A stretch of 64,000 nt of DNA, taken from positions 100,068,001 to 100,132,000 of the forward strand of contig NC_043000.1 in assembly GCF_006345805.1 (NCBI RefSeq), written 5' to 3'. Numbering within the stretch: position 1 is the first letter of the stretch; each line of letters begins with the position of its first letter. Of this stretch, positions 11,475 through 24,788 are shown in pieces. The translations under genes and the position numbers were made by a program. Source of the stretch: Octopus sinensis (lineage: Eukaryota). Under the pieces are notes generated by a model, which worked only from the letters and a program-made list of their open reading frames with translations, had not been told where the DNA came from and ran no database searches.

Positions 11475-11758
11475 CAGACCATCAGATGGTGTTACACATC
11501 GCTGGTCACAATGCGTTCGCATTGTTTTAGCCTTCGAATGACGCCACCCCGCTGGCTAAGCGAGCAGGCCAACAGAAGAAAGAGTGGGAGAAAGAGTGGT
11601 GAAAGAGTACAGCAGGGATCACCACACCCTGCCAGAGCCTCGTGGAGCTTTTAGGTGTTTTCACTCAATAAACACTCACAACGCCCAGTCTGGGAATCGA
11701 AACCGCGATCCTACGACCTCGAGTCCGCTGCCCTAACCACTAGGCCATTGCGCCTCCA
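11475..11758 (-). mobile_element. tRNA(Arg)-like SINE family C (OR1-like)
   Basis: Minus head ggaggcgcaatggcctagtggttagggcagcggactcgaggtcgtaggatcgcggtttcgattccc, with A and B boxes; related head at 25288. Confidence 0.85.
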
Positions 11759-11761
11759 CAT

Positions 11762-11801
<40 letters not shown>

Positions 11802-11842
11802 TAGACAGACAGACAGACAGGCAGACAGACAGACAGACAGAC

Positions 11843-11878
<36 letters not shown>

Positions 11879-12744
11879 TCATACAATTAAGCCTTTACAG
11901 GCAAAGCTTCAAGTCCCAGTCAACGTAATATGCACAATACTCTAACTTCTAGAAGTACTAAGCCCCTTATATAATTAAATGCTTGTTAACACTTTCATAA
12001 TTTATGACCCTAACACACACACACACATACGCACACACACACATGCCGCATATATGGCTGTGTGGATAAGAAGCTTCCATTCCACTCATGTGGTCTTGGG
12101 TTTACTCCCACTGTGCAGCAACTATAAGTACCAGTTACGCACTGGGTCGATATAATCGACTTAATCTGTTTGTCCTCTCTGTGTTTATCCCCTTGTGGGT
12201 AGTAAAGAAATAGATATTAGTTGTTTGTCGCCTACTAGTAAGATATTTCATATCGCTTGCTCTCTGGCATGCAACGTTAGCGAAAAAACATAGTACTGTT
12301 GTTACTTTCGGCAAATTTTATGATTCCGCTAATTACGCATGTTAGTGTGTATTTGTTTCTATTTGCAAAGCATTTACTCCACTTTTTTTCTGTAACATTT
12401 TTAAAACAACCTCAGACGTTTTATTTTTTTGCTAATAGTTTCTAAAGTATTTTTGAAAAAACTTCTGTGACGTATTTGTTGCTATCATGTGTGCGGCTAG
12501 CACTTCTGTCCTTTTCTCTAAAAATGCCCGCGTTCTGTCGCTAATAAACAACGTTTACCAAGCGATAAAATATTTTTTAATGTCTAAAGCTTACCTTATT
12601 TTTCACCCCAGGATAATGGGATGCTTGTTCAATACTTACCAAAATTCTTTCAAGAAAATACGATAGGATTCAATTCTTCAAGACCCCGTAAGAAACCTTC
12701 GCTCATTACAAACAACAATGTCCATAAAAATAAGTTTTTTTCTA

Positions 12745-13398
12745 CCATAGGCACAAGGTCTGAAATTTTTTGAGAAAGATTATGCTGATTACAGCTACTG
12801 CAGTACTTAACAAGCACTTATTTTATCGACCTCACAAAGGCTGATTGGAAAAGTCCACCTCAGCGAGTTTGAACTCAGAATGTAAAGACGGACGAAATAA
12901 TACAAAGCATTTTGTCCGGTGGGCTAATGATTCTGTCAATTTGCTACCTTAACCATCATAATAATACTCCTTTGTACCATAGGCACAAGATTTGAAATTT
13001 TGGGGAAAGGGGATGAGTCTATCACATTGACCACAGTGCGTAACCGGTGCTTATTTCATCGACCTCGAAAAGATGAAAGGCAAAATCTCTCGGCGGGATT
13101 TGATCTCAGAATGTGGAGACGGACGAAATGCTGCTAAGCATTTTGCTCGTTGTGCAACAATTTGACCATCATAATATTGATAATCCTTTCTACTAAAGGC
13201 AAAGAGTCTGAAATTTTGTGGAAGAGGGAGGTCGATTACATCGACTCCATTGTTCAACTGGTACTTATTTTATCGATCCAGAAAGCATGACAAAGTTGAC
13301 TTCGGCGGAATTTGGACTCAGTACGTATAAACCCAGAAGAAATTTCACTAAGCATTTTCTCTGGTACGCCAACCATTCAGCCAGCTCACACTGCCTTA
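12745..13398 (-). mobile_element. Three head-to-tail SINE family B copies
   Basis: The block ggcacaag...gaaatttt...atcgac...ggtactt..tttatcgac...tttgaactcagaa...gacggacgaaat recurs three times. Confidence 0.8.
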
Positions 13399-13555
13399 GC
13401 GATAACATATAATAAAGCTAATATCATATTTGATAATATAAATGACAATAGGTTATTAATATTAGATATAGCAATTCTAAATAAATATAACAATACACTG
13501 GAGAAAGCTAAAAACCTAAGGAATTTATACTGAGGTAACAGCTGAAGTAACAGAC

Positions 13556-14471
13556 ATGGCCGTTATGAAAATTTTCCTATGTTGTGCTTTCATAATTGGT
13601 ACAACAGGAATAATAAACTGCTGGTTTTGTAAATACATTAACCGATTACTTTATAAGGTAGGGACCGACATATTTCAGGAAATGGCAATACTAATATATG
13701 TAAATACTGTTAGAACATATCGCGCAAGTGAGCAAACTATTTCTTTATATCAACAGACATATATATATAATGCGACGATGAAGCATTAAAAAAAGTGTGG
13801 CGTTTTGAATATAGTTCTTCGTCGGATATACAAAGAAAAATTCAGGGAAGAAGAGAAAAAAAAAAGAGGGGCCAGGAAAAACGCTCGTGGGCGACTCACG
13901 ACTAATTTCAATTACTTCGACAAACGGAAGACAACTACAGGTATATTTCGATCTTTCTGTGACATCATTAGTGAAGTATACACGACTGTACCAGCTAACA
14001 TAAAAATAGAAATATTAAGGATGCACATTGGTCAGCGTTTGAGTTATTTATTCTCGAAAATGTTTTTAAAGGTTTAGTTACAAAGGTTTGGGGGCAGAAG
14101 CAATAGTTTTTCGGAGGAACTCAATGAATGTGAGATGAGGTCGAGAAACTACGTCACAATGGGTTACTAAGGTAGAAAGCAGAGCACCATGACTTCATGA
14201 TTCACAGACTGAAAATTCAGTCTAAATCCTTGAGACGAAGTGGATCCCGCTAAAGGCAGCAAAGAATTAGATCTTTGTTTTATGCAAACGACAAACAACA
14301 AATCAAATCTTCCATTTAAGATGAGCTACAGTTCGTGAAGTTGGTTTATGTATGGTTTCTGTTTCCCAGATTTCAAATAAAAAAAAATTAGTTCAATCCG
14401 AATATATTACTCCATGGTATCACGCAATGCGAACGAACTTTAAATGCAAAGAGAACTGCTTAACTACATAA
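13556..14471 (+). CDS. Speculative two-exon small secreted peptide (exons 13556-13657 and 14370-14471; 67 aa)
   Basis: gacATGG start, signal-peptide-like MAVMKIFLCCAFIIGTTG, AAG|GTAGGG donor, tttctgtttcccAG acceptor in frame. No homology recognised. Confidence 0.2.
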
Positions 14472-15401
14472 GCCATGCTTACACCCGGATTGTAGATGAG
14501 AATTGTGATGAAAGTGGTGGTGGATTTAAACACGAGGTTTGTATTCATGTTTACCCAAGTAAATGTTGTTTCATGTAAGAATGCTAAATATTGAGGCATT
14601 CCTTGAAAATAATATAGCCTTATATGCACGGCTCAAGTCCCTTAGGAAAACCTCTCCTCTTTCTGTCTTACGTAAATTCTTACAGTGTTAGATATCATTT
14701 GCATCTTGCCCACAAGATATGCACGTGTGTTTGTGTGTATAAATGAATATTAATGTGCATATATAAGTATATGGATGCGTATGTGTGTTTTTGTTTCTGT
14801 TCCGTGGTACAAACGAACATAAAGTTTCGTTACCAAATGAATGCTAAAACTATCGTAGTCTCTAAGAAAGATTAAAAGGACACGAAACTGTTAATGTCGT
14901 TAGTGAGCAAGGAGATAAGTATACTGAAAGACCACAAAAGTAGCACAACATTAACAATACATGATTTGTTGTACACGAAGGAAGTAATTAAAATTGTGAT
15001 TAGCTTGTTTCGAGGGAAGAGTTTCCTTCCATTTTCGTTATGCAGATCTGACTTTTGTTTTGTAGAGTACATCTGTATGTTCGTTAAAACGTCGGCCGCT
15101 TTATTTAATAACGTACTAAAACTTTGTCTCCTCTACTGTAAAGATGCGTGAAAGTTTAGTTAACTTTTCTTTGTGCAATTTTCTTACCATAGGAAAAGTA
15201 ATGACTATTTTACACCTCAGTCTGATACAAACTTAATGAGATATCGCCTTTAGAGAATATAAATAATTCCAGTTCAACACTCCAACAGTTAACTTCGTTT
15301 CACATTAGCGAAAGCAGGCATAAGTGAATGAAATGCGTAAGCTGAATTACACCGACTCATTAAAAAAACTTTCACATATGCATGTGGACGTGCATTTATG
15401 T

Positions 15402-15403
<2 letters not shown>

Positions 15404-15464
<61 letters not shown>
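15404..15464. repeat. (GT)n microsatellite
   Basis: Seen directly. Confidence 0.95.
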
Positions 15465-15465
<1 letters not shown>

Positions 15466-15974
15466 ACGCGCGTGTTTCAGTGTTTGGAAACTGGGTCAAA
15501 ATCAAGGTTGTGAGTTCGATCCCAGATCTGGTCAGCGGGTTACCCTTGTGCGACGTACTTTTATTTCACGTTACATTTGTCTGCAAAGCTGGTTATACAT
15601 GTCAGTTGCTGCGGTATTTGTTAGGGACACAATAGCTATGGGAGGGAGGAAAAAATCATCCCAGCAGCAGCCAGTAGGAACATAAGAAACATTGCAGCCT
15701 TTTGGGGCCATTTTTAATGTACACGTGCAGTCAACTACATGCCTTCAACGGGAAATTGTCGCCTACCGATATAGGAAACAACATTCACTGCTATTGCGAA
15801 TTGCCATCCGGTTATATAAATATCCGATGTATGCAATTAAAGCTGCATTAAACTAAACTAGCCACCTATGTACCATACTTAATGTATACACACCATGATA
15901 CATACATGTATATATGCTTGACCGTACTTGACCGCAAATTCTACAAGTTATTTTCATTCCCTCTGTTTATTTTC

Positions 15975-16100
15975 TCTTATTCCTTTCTGTTGAAGAGCGT
16001 AGGCTCGAAACGTAAAAGACTTTTTCATTTTCTCGAACATCAAACTAATACATCTGCTTGTTGTTCATGTACCTGTCTTCGTCTTTTGTTTTTCTCTAAA
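15975..16100 (+). mobile_element. Short PLE-like 3' module (family G) with a variant hammerhead-like motif at 15983-16018
   Basis: CTTT-CTGTTGA-A-GAGC(GTAG)GCTC-GAAA-C-GTA|AAAG plus a shared tail; related copies at ~340-440, 17050-17140 and 56560-56700 (minus). Confidence 0.6.
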
Positions 16101-16121
16101 TCTCAACTATATACTGTTGAG

Positions 16122-16290
16122 AACCCCTTCAGTCATGACTGACCATGGGATTGCACTTAGAAAGTTACCCTCCTAGGCACAAGTCCGAGCAAGGTTGTTT
16201 ATGGAAGATCAGCAGTCGCCCATGCATATCGGTCTCCCTTCTCCACGCCACCAGTGTTATCGAAAGGCAAAGGCCGAAACAGCTTGGCAC
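16122..16290. mobile_element. RTE-related repeat fragment
   Basis: gaccatgggattgcac..gaaagttaccctcc..ggcacaagtcc..gcaaggttgtttatggaaga..agcagtcgcccatgc resembles RTE/BovB-type untranslated sequence (inference). Confidence 0.45.
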
Positions 16291-16295
16291 CCGTG

Positions 16296-16384
16296 AACAC
16301 AACACGCAGCCCGGTCCGGGATTCGAACTCACAACCTCACGATTGTAAGCTCGATGCTCTAACCACTGAGCCATGCGCCTTCAC
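16296..16384 (-). mobile_element. tRNA-derived SINE head
   Basis: ggcgcaTGGCTCAGTGGttagagcatcgagcttacaatcgtgaggttgtgaGTTCGAATCCcggaccggg; good A/B boxes but no acceptor stem. Confidence 0.8.
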
Positions 16385-16539
16385 CAACTATATATATGCA
16401 TATATGCAACTATATATATTCATATATATATATATATATATATATATACTTTTATACATATATAGTTTTTATCCTCTAAGTGTAACACAGTCGTGAGTCT
16501 GCAATCATGCTAGCGCACAGCCTTGGAATGTTTAGGCGA

Positions 16540-16810
16540 ACTAATCGACCACAGTGGTTATATTTTTGTCTTCAACCTGGCACTTATTTTATCGGATACA
16601 ATTTGCCGAACCGTTAAGTTTCAGGGACGTAAGTAAACCAACACCGATTGCTAAGCGGTAATGGTGGGGCAAACACAAAGACAGATATATATACATGCAT
16701 ACATAATGGGCTTCTTTCAGTTTTCGAATTCCAGATCGACCCAGGTTGACCCGTAGTTATAGTAGAAGGTACTTGCTCAAGTTTCCACGCAGAGAGACTG
16801 AACCCGAAGA
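16540..16810 (-). mobile_element. Degenerate SINE family A copy
   Basis: gccgaaccgttaagtt..gggacgtaa..aaaccaacaccgattgctaagcg..gggcttctttcagttt matches the family A body. Confidence 0.65.
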
Positions 16811-16831
16811 TATATATATTCATATGAATAG

Positions 16832-16881
<50 letters not shown>

Positions 16882-17198
16882 ACTTCACCCACTTACATAC
16901 AGACGTGACTTGTGTCTGTAAATATGTATAGATATATAAACGTTTGTATATGTGTTTTTAAGTACACACACATACATACATAAACTCACATATACACACA
17001 TACACACATGTATACTCTCACACACATATATATCCTTGTTTCTTTCTGTGTTCCTTTCTATGGAAGAGCGTAGACTCGAAACGTTGAAGACTTTTTCACT
17101 TCCCGAGCGTTATAATAAATCATCTGTTCGTCTTTTTTAGTGTGAATTCTCCCTATGTATATATATATATATATATATATATACCCCACCCCCGTTTG

Positions 17199-17235
<37 letters not shown>

Positions 17236-19285
17236 ATACTTTAATTGATCCACGTCCTGCGTTGCTGTGTTTTTTTTTCTCTTTTTTTCTGTGTTTTCTT
17301 GTTTGGATTAACTATATATATATATATATACATATATATGTGTGTGTGTAATACAAAATGTTATTGTTTCTCCAAACAAAACCATTCGCCACACAAATAC
17401 TTACACACAAGCGAGCGAGCGAGCGAGCGCAGACACTAGCAAACAATGTGCAGGCATGTACAAATGCAAGCATATTGTATATATACTAAGAGCGAACAGT
17501 AATTCTAAAAAATTATGGACATGCAACTGAATTTAATGAACAGTGAAGGCCTTTTTTTTCTTTCTTTCTTCGTCTTGTTTTTCTCTGTTTGTCTTTTCTT
17601 TTCTTTGTTTTAATAATCCAAAAGCATAAAGCAAAAGTTAATTATTTAGATATAATTACATCTCTAAGAGCATAATATAATAGTTGACGTTGAATCGCAA
17701 TTGTCATAGCGATGATTATCAGTTTATGTACATTAATTGCGCTATAACTATGGTGGTATAGTGTTATAGTAATCGTTAATTACATTCTTTTATGATGGAT
17801 ATATATATGTGTGTGTGTGTGTGTGTATGTGTGTGCGTGTGTGTGTGCTAGTGTTTTTCACGAGGATCTTGGTCTTTATGATTTTTGGTTATGAAGAATT
17901 TATTCATAATTTCATAACATTGTTACTATTAATAAATACATTTTCCCACACATCATATTCCACTCAGGAAAATTGATAAATAAATAAAAATCCAACAGAT
18001 TCAAAAGAGAAAGGAAGATATAAATATGTTTAAAAAAAAAGAGAGAGAGAGAGAGAAGAAATAAAATATTTAATTGACTTAAAGCAACGCATAAATTCTC
18101 GTGTTTCTATGGAAGCTTCTATGGCATCTTTGAATGAAAACCGAAATTTCAGATGAAATATAAAAAATAAACACTGAAAAAGATTCAGGAAAAATATAAA
18201 CAACTCCAGTAAACATTATCGATTACCCTTTGTTGTGTATGAAGGTGGGGGGTGATTATTGCTATATTGCTGAAATTTTAAGGGGTTAAAATATGCAGAT
18301 TGGCTCTACGTGCTGAGCTCTGCGCGAACCCAGTTGAGAACGAACATTGGATTTCCTGTCAAATCACTTTATTCATACTAAACATAAAATAATATACCCT
18401 TTAAATGATACCCTTATCTAATATGAGCAATGGCTATGAAAAAGACACTTCAAAGTAGTATTATATCAGGGAAATACTCGGAACCTATAAAGTCAGATCC
18501 TTCCTATAGCATTTTTGTCGCTGTGGTACGCGAATTTTTATTGTTTTACTCTCTACGAGTAGAACGTTTATGACTTTAGACCCTTACCAGTTTGGTATGG
18601 AATTAAACATTGGTATAACTCTCCTTAAAGCGTTGCAATGAACTTGGTAATCCTAGTAGAGTTTATGATCTGCTAGGTATGGATACCGTTGACTCTCAAA
18701 GATTTCTACTGTTTTCCGAAGGTATTAGTTTTGAATGTTACTGGTTGCTCAAACACCACTATCATTCTTCTACTTGGGCAAATTTTGGAAGGAACCTGTT
18801 CAGTGGCCGACTATGAACAATTAACTTCAAATGAGATTAGAATATATCTATCATTAATAAATGATATCATAAATATCATAAATGATATCATGTATATAAA
18901 TATCATAAATCTATCATTTCGTACTCGTTACTATTTTTCTTTTTTTTTTATCTAGGGAAAGAGGGTTCTGCACATAACCATCGTAAATTCACTGAAATCT
19001 ATATGATTGACGCAGTTAGTGTTCCAACTGAACAATTTCATGTCAGAGGTTTCAGAAAAAAAAAAATGAAAAATGAAAAAAAAAAAAAAGGAAAATAATA
19101 TGGTGTTTCCAGGGGGTCGAAAGTTCGGGAGAGAATGCTGTGTAACAGTAGTCAGTGCAGGGTGGGGAGGAAGTGGACAAAATATGGGTTACGAGAAGAG
19201 AAATGAGTCCTTAAGGAGTGTATGAGTGGATATAAAACGAGTTAAACCAATGCGGAGTAGTAGAAGCTACAGTAGTAGTAGTAGA

Positions 19286-19329
<44 letters not shown>

Positions 19330-19367
19330 TGTGGGGGGGGTGCAACAGGCAACAGCTGAGACCTTAC

Positions 19368-19467
19368 CACCAGATTCTAATGTATTCATCCCATCATCTA
19401 ATGCTAAACCAGATGGTGGGTTAGGCAACTTTCAAAGATATTTGATAGATTGATGTCAGAATAGAAT
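19368..19467 (-). other. Candidate 100-nt exon (possible start exon, MNTLESG, phase-1 donor)
   Basis: Minus-strand acceptor tttgttttgtttttgtttctttgtttcccAG and donor TGGTG|GTAAGG; ATG at 19389. I found no partner exon. Confidence 0.3.
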
Positions 19468-19805
19468 CTGGGAAACAAAGAAACAAAAACAAAACAAATT
19501 CCTAAAACCTAAATAAAGAGGAGACAACCGATGTTCTGCATTACAAACTATTAACATGTCTATACAGACTGACGAAATAAATCTTCGCATCAATCATTGG
19601 AGAACTGATAAATGCTTATGTGGAAGAAACAGATAACTTAACGGAAGAAAGGATATCGAAGAAAGTTCCCCTGATTGTAAAGATACATTGGATTAGTTAT
19701 TGACACTTATTGAGCGCAAAATGTATGAAATGAAACATAGTTAATCAATAAAGTGAATTGGGTGAGCTGAAGACTACTGGCATGAAATGTCTGTCTCTAA
19801 CAACT

Positions 19806-19855
<50 letters not shown>

Positions 19856-22261
19856 ACACACACACACACAAACATATATGCATGCACATACGCGCATATG
19901 CATACATTCGTTCATATATATATATGTATGTATATTGATAGATAAATAGATAGATAGATACATGGATATTATACACTCTTACAGGACTTTATATTAAGAA
20001 TGTGAATAGTTCACAAGCAAAACGGAAACATTTTTTGAGTAATGCGTTTTACTAAAGGGCTAAATAAATGTCAAAATGATGTTTAGAAAGACATATTAAA
20101 CTGTAAAGATATCTAAGGCAATCTAAAATATAGACTTTAAGAACACCTCTTCGTTTTGCATTATAGAAAAAAATACAATAGAGTTAACCGATTATATATA
20201 TAGATTGAAAGAACATGCTACTTATTTCTACATAAAATGGGAGATGCACAGGTGATACAGACCATTTAGAAACAGAACAAAGTGTTGCAGGTAACGATTG
20301 ATTGGAAAAGCTTAATACTGAAAACTTTAATAAATTTACAAACTATTAGACCTAAAGATAGCATAGCTTCTAAAACAATGAACGATCATATCACAGCCTG
20401 AATAAACGAATCAATATTTAGCTATTTACTAAAATTAATCATGATATCTCTTCAATTTTAGCCCACAGATAGATACTACTTCATACAATTTTATATGAAA
20501 TCTTTATCCTTCCACGGTCATTTGCAGAATGAACCATTACTTAATTATTTGCCTGGAATAAACACATACTCTCTCGAGACACTCCTGAACTCATTACATT
20601 TTATAATTGTATACCTTTTAATTATTTATATTTTCAAATTTAATTTCCTGTACAGCAATCTTTTATCGTTATTAGCCTTGAGAGGTCCTTTCATATAAGC
20701 ACAGCGTGAGTAAAAACACAGAAATAAATTGTAGCAGACGAGAATTTCTGTTATGGGTGCTGGAACAGTTGAATCACGTGATTTCAGTGTACTGGACTTC
20801 CTCTGTTGTAGGCTTCCGGCCACTGCATACCAGCCAAATCTTGCTCCCACGATAAATAGAATTTCAACATCTGTTCAGTCACAGATTCGCAAATAACCAA
20901 CAGGCTTATAAAAAAAATAATTATTGGTGATGGAAGCAATATTAATACCAAATAGCCTGGTCAGGGTCTAAAGCTTTTTTGACGATAATAGCTTTGAGAA
21001 TGTTAATTTTTACTTTAAGTCTTTCTACGTTTCTGGCAGAGATCATAGTATCCAAGATTGAAAACGGATATAAGTTAATATAAAATTTATTTCTTCTATG
21101 TAGCGTTTAACTGGCAGAGAACATAAAATGTTATTGAATAAATAAATAAATAAATAAATAAAATTAAGAAATAACCGTACGTGGTCCCTAATTTATCGCG
21201 TTGGATCAGTCAGAAATATATTATTTTCACGAGATAAATTCTTTAGGTTCTCATTGGCAAAGTTCCAGTGTTTCGTCTGGTTCAATGATTCAACTCAAAC
21301 TGCAATTTGATAAAACAGAACGAAACAGCTTGAAACCAACACTGTACCAAACATCAAGTAATACGAACAGTAATGATATAAAAAAGCAATACCTGCCGGA
21401 CCAGGGTCTATGCAATAGCGTTTGTATGCGTTTAATGTAATGCTGATATAATACAAGCATGTAATACAAGCATGAGAAACGTTGCTTTCAAAAGTTAATC
21501 CCCCAAATACACTAATCTGCTTCTGATTCTTGGAGTATCCAGTTGATGGCAAAAATGCCATGGCGAGATAGAATAAAAAGAATATGATTTTTAATCATTC
21601 CCGACGGACGAAACTAAAAAGAGAATACAGCCAGAAATTCCAAATTTACACCCGAATAAAACGAAACAGGGCCTCCATCTTGGACCGTGGCGAAAACAGT
21701 AAATGTGGCTACACAAAGAACTACTACACAAGGCAAATTAATGCTAAGTATAAAACGATGTCCTAATTAAAAATAACTATACGTGGTCGCTTGACTGGGT
21801 AGAAATAGCAACCGAACTTCCTCACACATCACATCCTTACTATTTAAAAGACAGACTTACACATTAACTATGTGTTCATGAGTACAATACGTTTTATTGC
21901 CTAATAAGGGGACAGTTACAGATGGAAAGCCTTTGATCATAAATTACCTCGTTTAAGGTTTGCATCATGGATATAAACACAGACAAAACAAAAGCAAAAG
22001 CAGCCAGGATGCGTTACACAAAATACTTCGCATATATACAAAAGTAGCCAGACTTAACCAAACATACCATATACGACAGCTCCATAAAAGAAAGATACCT
22101 TTGGAGACGGAAAACGATGATATAACGTAACAATGGAACTCAAGTACAATATTTTTTATCTCTAACATCAGCTTTTGTTCCCACAAGACACTACTTCCCA
22201 AGCATATTTTACTCACAACACACTTAAGTGTATTTTAATCTTTTTAAATATTGACTTAAAG

Positions 22262-22932
22262 TTTTGGTACAAGCTCAGCAATTTCGGGTGTAAGTCGATT
22301 ACATCGACCCCCTAGTACATCTTAAAATTTTTTTATTAAACTCAAAAGGATAAAATGTAAAGTCGTCAGTGGCGGAAAAAAGAACTTAGAACTTAAAGAC
22401 TGACGAAATATCTATTTCTTTACTACCGACAAGGAGCTAAACACAGAGGACAAACAAGGACAGACAAACGGATTAAGTCGATTATATCGACCCTAATGCG
22501 TAACTGGTACTTAATTTATCGACCCCGAAAGGATGAAAGACAAAGTCGACCTCGGCGGAATTTGAACTCAGAACGTAGCGGCAGACGAAATACGGCTACG
22601 CATTTCGCTTGGCGTGCTAACGATTCTGCCAGCTCGCCGCTGAAATACCGTTTGATTCTGCCCTTTAAAGCTAACTTCACCAGTTAGCTTTAAAGACAAG
22701 GTCCAGTCTCATCAGTATTGTTCATTTTTTTTTTTTGTTTTTTGCTTCAAAATTTCGTTTATCTAATATTCTTTTCTACTCTACGCACATGGCTCGAAAT
22801 TTTGGGGGAGGGGGTCCCAATATGTGAGTCGTATTTAATTTATCGACATCGAAAGGATAAAAGACAAAGTCGACCTCTGCGGAATTTGAACTCAGAACGA
22901 AATACTGCTAAGCATTTAGCCCAGCGTGCAAA
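22262..22932 (-). mobile_element. Cluster of three SINE family B copies
   Basis: Best copy 22402-22640: cttaatttatcgaccccgaaaggatgaaagacaaagtcgacctcggcggaatttgaactcagaacgtagcggcagacgaaatac. Confidence 0.85.
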
Positions 22933-23029
22933 CGTTTCTGCCAGCTCGCCAACTTTCGTTTATCTAACATTATTGAAGTTATTTCCCTTAATTTCGTTTT
23001 TTATATTTCAAGCACACACACACACACAT

Positions 23030-23060
<31 letters not shown>

Positions 23061-23194
23061 CAGATTTGTTTACAAATTACATAGATAATCTCGATTAACC
23101 AGTTTTTCACTTGGCATAATACATAAGTAAAACTATATCTATATTTACTATTATAGTTTGTAGCTATTCCATTTTTGAAACATTAATTTTATTA

Positions 23195-23265
23195 ATTTCG
23201 TAACGCACGAAGCTACCGTTCTGTGGCACAGATGTTCGCGTCGGCGCGCCGTTTGGAAATCGCTG
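23195..23265 (-). mobile_element. hAT-like MITE terminus
   Basis: Minus strand starts CAGCGATTTCCAAACGGCGCGCCG, a Charlie-type hAT end; the other end was not found. Confidence 0.4.
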
Positions 23266-23399
23266 TTTTAAAGAGTGGTTCAGAACGTAAAGTATGTTAT
23301 TGGCTCTAATGAAACAGCAGTAGAGGACTTCATTGAAAGGATTCACCCTGAAAATTATAAGAAACGACGGCATAATAAAAGTGTAAAAGCTTACAAACT

Positions 23400-24430
23400 A
23401 ATAGAGAATGCATAAATTGAAGCCATCATATATACAAATACAAAGCACAAGAGTCCACATAATACAAAAAAAAACCCATGTAACAGAAAACAACACTATA
23501 GAAGACACAAAAATGATGAGAACAAGTCATTATAACAAAACAAAATCCACAGAAAATTGCAGAAAACAAAATTATGATAGCCACAAACGACCGCGCGGAA
23601 ATAATCATTGAAATATCCAGCCGCAAGAAAAAAAAGTCATACAAAACAGAATAGTAACTTACATCACATCAGAATAAGCAGAGTCAGTAAAGACGAAAAT
23701 CTTACAGAAAAATTAAAGAAAATCGAAGACTTTACCATAACAAATCAATGAATATAGATCAACGAAAATACTTTCGCAAGCTACGAATAAACAAACATGT
23801 TCGGGAAATAATAGTTAACTACAAGCAGCCCCTCCAAGAAATTCTTTCCACTAAAGCAAAATCGAACATCAATACTCTAAATAATCTAATTTACTTATAG
23901 CAACGGCACTATTGAGAGAAACTGGGTTCAACATTAATAAAGTTACCTCAATGAAACGCATAAAAACTGTGAAAACACACACACACACATGTATAGTGCG
24001 AAATCGACAAAAAAAGAAAGTACCGATTCTTACAGAACGAAATAGAAAAGTAGAGGCTTAATGTGAAAAACAGCAAAATGAAACAAGTAGTAAAATAGTT
24101 AGATCCTAACTGAAAGTGAAAGAGGAAAACTGAAAACAACTGATCTTGGCAAAGGCATGGTTACCAACAATATAAAAAAAAACGTTGACAACAATATGAA
24201 TTCAATTACATTCGGAAAACATATGGAACCGTAATATACAATCTCATAAAGGATTGGAAATAAGAGAGAAAAAATAAAAAGACACAATAAAACCATAATC
24301 ATAACTCGGCGTAAATAGGGGAGAATTTACCAACACAATGAAAACCAGTAGCAACTGGAAGGCTTCTGGAATTGATAGTCTCCAAGATTCTGGTACTAAG
24401 CCATTATAACTACTGAATCCTTACGAGTAT
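23400..24430 (+). mobile_element. Decayed R4/Dong-clade non-LTR retrotransposon ORF remnant
   Basis: Peptides YRKIKENRRLYHNKSMNIDQRKYFRKL (~23703) and SNWKASGIDSLQ/FW (~24350) resemble the R4/Dong pre-RT motifs (RY..QN..F..NQK.FYR.L; NWKAPGPDGIQGFW). Many frameshifts. Confidence 0.6.
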
Positions 24431-24788
24431 TAAAACATTTCCCGGGAGACATTTTATCCTAGCAGTTTTTAACTAGCTGGCTTTATTGATTAATTTTACA
24501 CTCAATAATCGACAATTACTTATCTAACGAATCTTTGCAGTCATGTGAACCCTCTTTGTTTTATACTTTATGTTATTCTGCTATCTATTTTTGCCATATA
24601 AACCTTTATCCGCTGTACAGGGATATAGCAATAATATGAAATGATGTAAAGGGAGAAAAATCAATGCTCAACTGGTTAACTAAGGGCGAAAGCAGATGGG
24701 TGGTTGACTTAATCCTTCGCCTCGTTTCACTCCGATGTATTCCCTTTGGGGAGCTTTAGGGGGACGCGAAATTTTTCTCCCACGAGAG

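Noticed and set aside
14444-14540. MQRELLNYISHAYTRIVDENCDESG resembling an hAT transposase segment
   Set aside because: Too short, spacing differs from hAT, and no further motifs are nearby.
16296-16384. Apparent tRNA gene on the minus strand
   Set aside because: No acceptor-stem pairing and it continues into SINE-like body sequence; the same applies to the heads at 11690-11758 and 25288-25360.
20737-20898. Short plus-strand frame ...DFLCCRLPATAYQPN...IRK* as a terminal exon
   Set aside because: No upstream exon could be linked and no homology was recognised.
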